DNA from: Nemertoderma westbladi
Lineage: Eukaryota > Animalia > Xenacoelomorpha
Assembly (NCBI GenBank): GCA_032718475.1
Contig: JAUCBJ010008926.1
Coordinates: 2,167 to 66,166, forward strand
Reading direction: 5' to 3'
DNA: 64,000 nt
Numbering within the stretch: position 1 is the stretch's first letter; each line of letters begins with the position of its first letter. Under the pieces are notes generated by a model. It saw only the letters and a program-made list of their open reading frames with translations. It was not told where the DNA came from and did no database searches. The position numbers were made by a program, and so were the translations under genes. Shown here in pieces: positions 21,650 to 32,486 of the stretch.

Positions 21650-24600
21650 AAAGAAGCTAATTTTACTGAATCCTGCAGGAAAAAGAATCCTGCAATGACA
21701 CCTCAATGATAGATATGAAGAGGGAATTAAAATCAGCAATATCGGTAATCCAGACACGTATGTGCTCCGGATCGAACTACAGATCGAACTACAGAATGCT
21801 TCATTGAGGGAACAGGTTAATACACTAAGGGATGATGTTAACAACGAGCGCCTTAGTCGAATAGCCACGGCTGGGTCAACCCAAATGATTAGAAATACCA
21901 CCCCCAGCAGGTGTAAATAATACGTTCGAGGGTTCAATCAAATCAACACCCCACCCACCACCCATATCTGATGATGAAACGTAGAGTGACGACTATATCT
22001 GTATTAGCTCTATTAGTTCACCTGACTCTGACCACACACACAGTGGTCATGCATACAATTTATCACTGAGGAACAATAACCAAATAGCCAATACTCTAAA
22101 TAATCCACCAGTACCTGGGAGACATTCTCCAGAATACCATAAGTATAAGTACTGTTCTCCCATAAGAACGTATGGTGTCCCACCATAAGTACTGTTTAGT
22201 ACATTACTCAGCCTTGAGTGACACGGAAAATAGGGTGAGGAACAACAGACAACAATCAAGGCCATTCAGCAGTACCAATGGCATAATAACCTCTTCAAAT
22301 GGAACCAAAGAACAGATCCTAACAAGATTGAGACGTAATAAAATTCATCGAGTTAGTATCGATTACACAAAGGCAGAACAAACATACCGTGATCGATACG
22401 ATATAATTAATTCAATACAATTCAATATAAATTTAATCCTTCTTGTTGCACGCACCCAAACACCATAAACTGTGGTTATACAGTGTAAGTAATTACGAAA
22501 AAAGATGGTATGGTGTCAGGGAAGGGGAAATGTCAGGACACGGAGGCTAGCTAATAGCAGGGCTAATAGACGCTAGCCACCGGGGGGGGGGGGGGTGGTG
22601 GGGGGGGAGGGGGTGGGGGAGGAGGGGGGGGGGGGGGGTGAGGGAGGAGGGGGGGGGGGGGGGGGTGAGGGAGGGAGGTTACATCTGAATACTCATAATT
22701 TAGGATAGTTTTTATTAGTTTCGATTTTTATTAATTATATTTTTGAACCGTGGGACTAATCTTGTAAATAGTTACTTATTGTATGTCAATAACAAGTGAG
22801 GTAACGTGTGATGGTGATTAACGTGTGAAGGTGATTAATATCAAACGCGAGGAAAAAGTCAGCAGGACAAACAAAAAGGGGGACCCAAATATTGATGAGG
22901 ACAAATGCACCCGATGGCACACAGCCTCGACAACTCCCATGTTTGATTCCTGCAAGCACAAACCTAAAGACTACTCTCCTAGAAGCGGAAATAATTCTGG
23001 ACACTCGAGCTCTAAGTTGGAATGAAAATTTCCCGGAAGCCGAAAATTCACCCCAATATATATAACAGGAATACACAGAAAATATACTGAAGATCAAGTG
23101 CTCGAACATCTTAATATCAGAGGCATAGAGACTGGCCGCATAACCACACGAATAATTGGGAATTCACAGTGTATGAAGGTTACAATTGACTTCATGAATC
23201 TCCCACAAGTATTAGATGATAGATTCTGGCCTAAAGGGATCTCCTGCAGAGAGTGGATAAATTATAGTAATAATAACTGTTGATATGGTATACCTATCAG
23301 ACAGGGTACAAGAGTGTCGGGATATCACAATCGGGTTTGACGCAGAAAAAAAGAGGATGAATAACACAAGAGGAGTACGACAAGTGATAACAATGTTCTC
23401 ACCAACTCGACAGAATCTAGATTGTGTGGATTTGGTACATACAACTGTCATGGATTTCAGTCCAGTGCAGATTGTGTCTCGACCCTGCTAACTGAATGTC
23501 ATATACTTGGAATCAGGAGCACTGGCTCGACAACATTGGGTGTAAAGAGACTCTAAACGAGTTCCATAGTAACTTCTTCTGCGAATACATAACTAGCAAT
23601 TTAATGCTGAATGGGTGCCGCACATGCGGTGCAGGTGGTGTTGCATTATTATTTTCCAAGGATATCATCAATAACTAGTCATGGGTCGAATCAGGAGATG
23701 ACATGTCATATTAATATGACATTATTAATTGATGCCAGGCATGCTGCATTGCAGCTGCATTTTTAAGAATGCTGTGCCGGCTTGTCGACAAAATTGCGCC
23801 GCCACAACTCCCTATCACCCATGACATTTGCTAGATCATCCGCATCTTCAAGGCCTTTATGAGTCCTTTATGATGGGTCTCAAGAAAGTCATGGGCTGTC
23901 CACCATGCTTATTCACTCCATGAGGCGAGGCTGCCAAAGTACAAGATTATGCACTGGCTGGTCGTCACGGCGAAAGCAATGTCCTGCAAAGCGGAGGCGA
24001 TTTTGTTCTAGTGTTAAGCTTGGGGGAACCAATGAGACACCTCCAATGTTATATAGTGTCTGGTTGGAGATGTGTGCATTGTGCTTGACACAATGAACCC
24101 GGCGTAGCATTCTTGTGAATGTGCCATCCAGAGATTTGGTGTCCTCAGCAGTTAGAGCCCAGCATGGACACCCATAGAGGAGTACTGGAACTACTGCTGC
24201 TCTAAATAATCGGACCTTAAGTATCCGATTAATTCTCGGTGACTTCCAAATCCTGGAAAGCCTATTCAAGGCTGCCCATGCGTATTCCAAGATCCTCACC
24301 TGACTTCCGGATCCATGATCCCAGGTAACAGAAGTCGTCCACATGCTCAAGCATACCATCCTTTGAGCTTATGCTCATCCGATCAGAGACTTGCTGAGGA
24401 CTTTCAAAGTTAACTGTCAAAATTTTGGTCTTTCTGGAGTTAATAAAAAGACCAACACTAGAAGCAGCATGTTCTAATGAGCTGAGTAGCCGTTGGGCTC
24501 CCACTAGTGATTGTGAGAGTACTCCTAAGTCATCAGCAAAGTCTAGATCAGTTAGGTACTTGGCAGGATTTCCTCGACTTCTGGAGCCAGTAGGTGGAGT

Positions 24601-26540
24601 TATCATCACCCCATCATCATTATGATGATCTAAGGACATGCGTAGAACATAGTCAACCACAATTATGAATAAGAATGGTGCAAGCGTGTCTCCTTGGAGG
24701 ACGCAACATAACACTTCAAATGGTTCTGTGTCACCATCAACAGTAGACACAAATGTTGTAGAACCATCGTATACTGATCTGATTGCTGTAATAATTTCCC
24801 ATGGGAATCCCATATAATGAATGTATGGATCGACTTAATAGCATGGTAGAGGAGTACAGCAATGCTATCCCCATTATTCTAATGGACTCGAATGCAGATC
24901 TCGGTCCACTACAAGGTAACAGTCACTGTCGGACTTTTTCTTCTCCCCGTGGTTTCACTTTTAATAATTTTCTAAACAGAACTGACCTCACCGCCGTTGA
25001 TACATACCAATTTGTTGAAGGACCCTGCTACTCTTTCTATCGCAACACTTGTGGCATCTCTTTTATTGATCATATCTTATGTACCCAGGAGATATCGGAT
25101 ATGTGCATCCGAAGAGAAGTCTTCAAGCCTAATCCTGTGAGCAATTTCTCAGATCACGTCCCAATTATTGTTCAGTTGGAAATTCCATTTCCTCTTATCC
25201 AAACAACTATTCCCGTGGTAGGTGAGCATGACATTTCAATATATTATAATACGTAATACGTTATTATTCTATAACACAAATTTTCCTGAAGTTCAACGAT
25301 TTAATAATGGGAACCTCCATAAAAATTAGCTACGGACTTAAACAAGGTAGTTTATTATCTCCAAGTTTATTTAACATATACATAACAGACATATTTGAGT
25401 CTCTCGAAAGCGACGGAATTGGGTGCAGTATTGGTGATTTGTGGGTAGGATGTCTTAATTACGCAGATGACCTTCTACTACTTGCCACATCCCTGAAAGA
25501 CTTTGAAACAGTGGCACAGATCATCAACACCAAGACCAAAGAACTCAAATTGAGAGTTCCAAATCAAAGTGGATATACTCCGGCAGTCCTAGTGTCTCCC
25601 CCATGCTCCTTAATATTGGAGAAAACTTGATCCAGCGATCTGAACAAATTGAATTTCTCGGTTTTACATTACAATGTGGCAAGCTGGATGCCCTTAACTG
25701 TCGAAGCAATCACTTGTTATATTAAGCGAAACTTTCCATAGACATGGCTGGACAACTAGATATCTATACTGTGATACATTAGGACATCTATGGAATACAA
25801 TAGCTGTGCCCGCTGCCCTACAGTATATAACCTTCAATTCCTAATAGGTGCATTAAATATGACGCAGCTCCATGAACTGGATGGTTTCTATCTTAAACTA
25901 CAGCGCGGTCTGTGCTGCCCTGGTTCATATGTCCCCGGACCATCTATATATAGAATAATGAATTGCCAACCTATCTCAATTGACGAGTTCCGTGCGAATA
26001 TCGGTACTCTAATACGTATATCAAATTGTCCGAACATACCCTCTAAACATCCTTACGTCGACTAGTGTTCGCTAACAACGGCTCCTACAGATACCAAGGA
26101 TTGGTGAGCGGTTTTAGACTCGCTCGAATATCATAACCACTCCCACAACTAAACTCTATTCCCATGTACACATACTCAAAACAGAATTTACTGTCCCGTG
26201 TCACAATTGCCAGTCCATCATTAAGTGACATCCTTAACGCAGACTTCGTGACAAACTTTTTAAAAACGGGCAACATCACATTTGTGACAAATCGGCGACT
26301 GATACTGGACCATTTTAACATAATATAAGATGATTTTAGTGATACTGGAGCTTTTTAATCTAAATTGTGATAGTTTTACTTTGAGTGTATTGTACCTTGA
26401 CCTTCCATGATAATTTATATGGCTTTGTATATAATCTGTATTTATTTTTATTGTTTGATTCGTCGATGTGTCAATATTTAGTTAATTAAGTTTGTTTCAG
26501 CCCCATCGTGCACCTTTTACAATGCTAATATAAAATAAAT
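21650..26540 (+). mobile_element. Degenerate L2/CR1-superfamily LINE (ORF1, APE endonuclease, RT), interrupted by an RTE-like LINE
   Basis: ORF1-type FWPKGISCREW (~23225); APE motifs GGVALLF, IILMDSNA, SFIDHIL, SDHVPI; RT motifs GLKQGSLLSPSLFNIY and YADDLLL. Boundaries approximate. Confidence 0.8.
23700..24813 (-). mobile_element. 5'-truncated RTE-like LINE inserted antisense into the older LINE
   Basis: VLQGDTLAPFLFIIVVDY, LTDLDFADD, FCYLGS, RLFRAAVVPVLLYG, RLRFAGHC; splits the APE domain of the host LINE. Confidence 0.88.
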
Positions 26541-26869
26541 GCCAGCTTGACTGGTCTGCGCCCCCGAGTTATTATGTACTTCTATTGAACACAAACTTAT
26601 ACATGTTATCCAGCAACATGCTGTTAGCTCTTCGTCCTTAAATGGTCATAGGAACTACGCCACATCTTAGCAACCAACAACCTCGAGTTTAGTTCGAATA
26701 ATCCCGAGGATATCCCGCACATTCTCCATGAGTAGTGGTGCGATCGAAACTAAGAATGGAAGTTAACTTAAAAAAGTATAACCTAGACCTAACTTGGTAA
26801 CAAGATAACTATCTGGCCAGGGCTATTTTACAATGTGATTGGCCGGGGGTCATTTTAGAAATTTTTTAG

Positions 26870-27990
26870 ATCATGGCTCAAAAAATAAAATGTTGATAGT
26901 ATAAGTGTTATCAAGGTCGCTGATCACGAAAAAACTTGTTAAAAATATTTATTTTCTGACAGTGCAACCATCACCTTTGGTGCTATTTTGGTGCTACGAA
27001 AAGTACAAGTAAAAAAAATGCCAAACTAAACATTTTGAGTTTGGTGTTTGATAATTCCGAACGTATATGGGTTTTCGAGGTCGCTGATCATGATGAAAGT
27101 AATTATAAATATTTCTGGTATGTGCAAACCCAATTTTGGTGCTATTCTGATGCCCCAGAACGAAAATTACAATAAGCAAAAATTTCAAACTGTTAAATTT
27201 TGTCTTTGGTTTTGTAATTCTGAAGCTATACTGGTTTTCAAAGCCGCTGATAACGATACAACTCGTTAAAAATAATTCGTGGTAACGCAACTATCGTTTT
27301 TGGTGTTTGTCTGGTGGGACGAAAAATACAAGTAGCATAAAATTTCAAACGGCAAAAATCAAATTTGGTTGGATAAAACGTCATATTCGTGATCAGCATT
27401 CCAGAAAACCCATAATGTCATAAAACCAGGTTGATTCCGGTAATGATTTTTGATTATCTAATTTGTGCTACTTATATTTTTTGTGCCGCACATTGACATT
27501 GACACGTATTCCAAAAAGCCGTAATTAACAAGGTGCGATATTTTTCAGTGTCATATTCCTGATCAGCATCACAAATATCCACATGGTCATAAAGTCAATT
27601 TGTTTTCGTTGTAATTTTTCTTTATCATATTTCCGCTACTTGTTTTTTTCGCGCTCCAGAGGCACAAATAACAGACTAATAATTAATATAACAACATGCC
27701 TGCCTATGTTGTTATATTACACAACTCTTTGATATGTTTGATGAAGAGGAAAAATCCTTCCCAATGAAATCGGCACATTCTAAAACCTCAGTAGCCAAAC
27801 TGTATGGCCAATTTACCACTTTTGAAAAAAGTGCTACTTGTACTTTTGGTGCTTTTTTAGTATCTATTGATAAAAAAATGAAAATTTTGCTTCTAATCTC
27901 GCTTTCGATTACTAATAATGAATTCAACAAACCAAAAAAGCATAGAATGGTTTCATGGTTATACCGAAGTCTTTGAAGGGTGATGTATTT
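26870..27990. repeat. Non-autonomous repeat with ~150-bp subrepeats in inverted arrangement
   Basis: GGTCGCTGATCA(C/T)GA motifs at ~26914, 27078 and inverted TCGTGATCAGC at ~27387, 27558; 27760-27980 also matches the reverse complement of ~18830-19045. Confidence 0.6.
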
Positions 27991-28409
27991 TGTGTAATTG
28001 TTTTTTTTTCTTTGTCTTTTTCTTAGGTTTCATATTTAGTATATACCTTGAAATGGGAAAATATGTCGTTACAACAAAAAGTGCAGTAAGACCAGTAAGT
28101 ACAGTAAGACCAGCTCATTCAAATGTTTGAAACTTGACCAAAATTGACTGTACAGCTACATAGATTGGTTTTAAAGTGCGCAGTAGGCGTTGTTGGTTTG
28201 GGAAAGTGTTGATTATATAATTTAAAATAAATTAAGAAGTGTATTTAATATTTTGTTACATTATGTCAACTTAACAGCGTTCTGGTGAATTACTCGGAAC
28301 GCTGCAAAGTACTACTTTGCAGAGTTGCGGCCTATAGGACGGAACGCTGCAAAGTAATAAATGATATGGAAACAACTTCAATCACCGTATTCCAGAACAT
28401 ATATTAAGA

Positions 28410-29684
28410 ACACGAAGTGGGGCCTTCGCGCAGCACGTGACTTAAATTTAATTTAAGTACTAATTCGAAAGTATTACTGTATTAGCAAATTTTAAGCAGA
28501 TTTCGCCTAATCACTTTTTACCTCTTTCATTTCTATTCAGACATTTCTGACTCTAGCGGTATAGTGAGAACTGAAGATGGATTAGGGTCTCCAGCCCCAC
28601 AAAGACACAGCCTATGGATGAATAGTACATACGTACATCGGCCAAGTTTCATCTTGAATAACGGATAACGAAATGAGAGACGGATCTCACTTTCAGAAAT
28701 TTCGTCGTATAGCGGCAGACCGATTAAATCTCCCCCCCCCCCCCCCCCCCCCCCACAAAGACGCAGCATGTGGTCCAGAATATATGGCAAGATTCAGCTT
28801 AAACTGATTAAAATCAATGAGACGGGAGAATCTATTCACTTTCAGGCATAAAGTAGTCCTATAGCGGGTGACTGTTGAACTGATTTTCAACAAAACAAAT
28901 TTTCAACTTGGCAGCTTTAAATTCGACAAAGTTATAAGCATGTCAATATCATAACGACGACAACGATTTCACTTTCAGACATTTGGCCCTCTAGCGGCAG
29001 ACTGGAGAACTGCAGATGGATTCGCCTCCTTTGAAAGTCACAGCTAATGGTCTAATACATATCTGCCAAGTTTCAGCTTAAACGGATTAAAAGCAAAGAA
29101 ATGGGAGGGCATTTAATGTTTAGACATGTGGCCCTCTAGCGGGAGACCATTGCACTGATGGTGTCTGAAAGTCTCTCAAAAATCTCAACTTTAGCTCATA
29201 TTGATACCTACAAATTTTCAACTTGGCAGCTTTAAATCCGACAAAGTTATTAGCATGTCAAAATCGTAACGACGACAACGATTTCACTTTCAGACCTTTG
29301 GCCCTCTAGCGGCAGACTGGAGAACTGCAGATGGATTCGCCTCCTTTGAAAGTCACAGCTAATGGTCTAATACAAATCTGCCAAGTTTCAGCTTAAACGG
29401 ATTAAAAGCAAAGAAATGGGAGGGCATTTAATGTTTAGACATGTGGCCCTCTAGCGGGAGACCATTGCACTGATGGTGTCTGAAAGTCTCTCAAAAATCT
29501 CAACTTTTGCTCATATTGATACCTACAAATTTTCAACTTGGCAGCTTTAAATCCGACAAAGTTATTAGCATGTCAAAATCGTAACGACGACGACGACGAC
29601 GACGACAACTATTTGCATAAATTGACCCACCCCCTAACAGTGTCAATTCGCTAAGGCTCCGCCAACTTCGTGGCTCGCCCCACA
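28410..29684 (+). mobile_element. Non-autonomous Helentron/HINE-like element, copy A (two 315-bp internal units, (GAC)n microsatellite)
   Basis: ACACGAAGTGGGGCCTTCGCG...CGCTAAGGCTCCGCCAACTTCGTGGCTCGCCCCACA; asymmetric subterminal inverted repeats; internal period 315 bp (28904/29219/29534). Superfamily assignment is inference. Confidence 0.8.
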
Positions 29685-29815
29685 TTATTTCCATTTACGT
29701 TAATTAATGAGTGCTGCTTTATTATCCAGTTTGCAGTGACAGGACTAGCTACTGTATGTAAATAATTGTTTAACGTGTACTGTAAAATCCATTATAGCGA
29801 AACCTCCACTAGAAG

Positions 29816-30808
29816 ACACGAAGTGGGGCCTTCGCGCAGCACGTGACTTAAATTTAATTTAAGTACTAATTCGAAAGTATTACTGTATTAGCAAATTTTA
29901 AGCAGATTTCGCCTAATCACTTTTTACCTCTTTCATTTCTATTCAGACATTTCTGACTCTAGCGGTATAGTGAGAACTGAAGATGGATTAGGGTCTCCAG
30001 CCCCACAAAGACACAGCCTATGGATGAATAGTACATACGTACATCGGCCAAGTTTCATCTTGAATAACGGATAACGAAATGAGAGACGGATCTCACTTTC
30101 AGAAATTTCGTCGTATAGCGGCAGACCGATTAAATCTCCCCCCCCCCCCCCCCCCCCACATAGACGCAGCATGTGGTCCAGAATATATGGCAAGATTCAG
30201 CTTAAACTGATTAAAATCAATGAGACGGGAGAATCTATTCACTTTCAGGCATAAAGTAGTCCTATAGCGGGTGACTGTTGAACTGATTTTCAACAAAACA
30301 AATTTTCAACTTGGCAGCTTTAAATTCGACAAAGTTATAAGCATGTCAATATCATAACGACGACAACAATTTCACTTTCAGACATTTGGCCCTCTAGCGG
30401 CAGACTGGAGAACTGCAGATGGATTCGCCTCCTTTGAAAGTCACAGCTAATGGTCTAATACATATCTGCCAAGTTTCAGCTTAAACGGATTAAAAGCAAA
30501 GAAATGGGAGGGCATTTAATGTTTAGACATGTGGCCCTCTAGCGGGAGACCATTGCACTGATGGTGTCTGAAAGTCTCTCAAAAATCTCAACTTTTGCTC
30601 ATATTGATACCTACAAATTTTCAACTTGGCAGCTTTAAATCCGACAAAGTTATTAGCATGTCAAAATCGTAACGACGACGACGACGACGACGACAACGAC
30701 GACGACGACAACGACGACGACGACGACGACAACTATTTGCATAAATTGACCGACCCCCTAACAGTGTCAATTCGCTAAGGCTCCGCCAACTTCGTGGCTC
30801 GCCCCACA
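29816..30808 (+). mobile_element. Same non-autonomous element, copy B (one 315-bp unit)
   Basis: Near-identical to copy A, with one unit fewer and a longer (GAC)n tract. Confidence 0.8.
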
Positions 30809-31144
30809 CTAAAATGACTATAGAAAATGGCGACAGTGTTCAGTAAAACTGAACTATTATTTTCAAGAAAAATTACGCGGTTCCTAAATTTGTACACTAC
30901 CCGGTTAAAAAGTACGCATGTGATGGGATTAGTCCTACAATTGCGCCAATAAAAGATAAGTTATTTTCGGTAAAATAAACTTATCATTCGAGGTTAAGAC
31001 CCCTAGATCCCTTCTTATAATAAAATGTATAATAACAAACACCTCGAAAAATACAGCTTGCCAACACATTGTTACTATCAATAATCAAAAATCAGGGGCT
31101 AATAAAATGGCAGCTGTCTTTGAAATTAATACTCCATATCTCAA

Positions 31145-31207
31145 GAACCTGTGGCCTAGTGGTTGTAGTCTCGGCTTCCGCCTCGAGGTCCCAGGTTCGA
31201 ATCCGAC
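31145..31207 (+). promoter_or_regulatory. tRNA-derived internal Pol III promoter (repeated at +412, +824, +1236)
   Basis: A box TGGCCTAGTGG 31152-31162; B box GGTTCGAATCC 31194-31204; CT-TCC-GC loop suggests tRNA-Gly(TCC) ancestry; acceptor stem absent. Confidence 0.85.
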
Positions 31208-31250
31208 ACCACGCTGATGAGACCCAGTAAGGTCGAAACGCGTACGTGGT
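31208..31250 (+). ncRNA. Type I hammerhead ribozyme, copy 1
   Basis: ACCACG-CTGATGA-GACC-CAGTAA-GGTC-GAAA-CGCG-TA-CGTGGT: stem I, intact core, stem II, minimal palindromic stem III; predicted cleavage after GUA at 31244. Confidence 0.95.
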
Positions 31251-31619
31251 TTGGAGAGATATGAGATATTAATTTCAAGAAAAATTACGCGATTCCTAAA
31301 TTTGTACACTACCCGGTTAAAAAGTACGCATGTGATGGGATTAGTCCTACAATTGCGCCAATAAAAGATAAGTTATTTTCGGTAAAATAAACTTATCATT
31401 CGAGGTTAAGACCCCTAGATCCCTTCTTATAATAAAATGTATAATAACAAACACCTCGAAAAATACAGCTTGCCAACACATTGTTACTATCAATAATCAA
31501 AAATCAGGGGCTAATAAAATGGCAGCTGTCTTTGAAATTAATACTCCATATCTCAAGAACCTGTGGCCTAGTGGTTGTAGTCTCGGCTTCCGCCTCGAGG
31601 TCCCAGGTTCGAATCCGAC

Positions 31620-31662
31620 ACCACGCTGATGAGACCCAGTAAGGTCGAAACGCGTACGTGGT
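31620..31662 (+). ncRNA. Type I hammerhead ribozyme, copy 2
   Basis: Identical to copy 1. Confidence 0.95.
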
Positions 31663-32031
31663 TTGGAGAGATATGAGATATTAATTTCAAGAAAAATTAC
31701 GCGATTCCTAAATTTGTACACTACCCGGTTAAAAAGTACGCATGTGATGGGATTAGTCCTACAATTGCGCCAATAAAAGATAAGTTATTTTCGGTAAAAT
31801 AAACTTATCATTCGAGGTTAAGACCCCTAGATCCCTTCTTATAATAAAATGTATAATAACAAACACCTCGAAAAATACAGCTTGCCAACACATTGTTACT
31901 ATCAATAATCAAAAATCAGGGGCTAATAAAATGGCAGCTGTCTTTGAAATTAATACTCCATATCTCAAGAACCTGTGGCCTAGTGGTTGTAGTCTCGGCT
32001 TCCGCCTCGAGGTCCCAGGTTCGAATCCGAC

Positions 32032-32074
32032 ACCACGCTGATGAGACCCAGTAAGGTCGAAACGCGTACGTGGT
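32032..32074 (+). ncRNA. Type I hammerhead ribozyme, copy 3
   Basis: Identical to copy 1. Confidence 0.95.
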
Positions 32075-32443
32075 TTGGAGAGATATGAGATATTAATTTC
32101 AAGAAAAATTACGCGATTCCTAAATTTGTACACTACCCGGTTAAAAAGTACGCATGTGATGGGATTAGTCCTACAATTGCGCCAATAAAAGATAAGTTAT
32201 TTTCGGTAAAATAAACTTATCATTCGAGGTTAAGACCCCTAGATCCCTTCTTATAATAAAATGTATAATAACAAACACCTCGAAAAATACAGCTTGCCAA
32301 CACATTGTTACTATCAATAATCAAAAATCAGGGGCTAATAAAATGGCAGCTGTCTTTGAAATTAATACTCCATATCTCAAGAACCTGTGGCCTAGTGGTT
32401 GTAGTCTCGGCTTCCGCCTCGAGGTCCCAGGTTCGAATCCGAC

Positions 32444-32486
32444 ACCACGCTGATGAGACCCAGTAAGGTCGAAACGCGTACGTGGT
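32444..32486 (+). ncRNA. Type I hammerhead ribozyme, copy 4
   Basis: Identical to copy 1. Confidence 0.95.

Noticed and set aside
22581-22680. ~100-bp poly-G tract (G-quadruplex candidate)
   Set aside because: Poly-G/C runs are frequent throughout the window and error-prone in sequencing; no specific context.
28533-30296. Poly-Gly ORFs repeated at 28.5, 30 and 44 kb
   Set aside because: They come from a poly-C/G run in a non-coding repeat; the frame changes with run length between copies.
31145-31215. Functional tRNA gene array
   Set aside because: Acceptor stem missing and T and anticodon stems imperfect; only the promoter boxes are intact.
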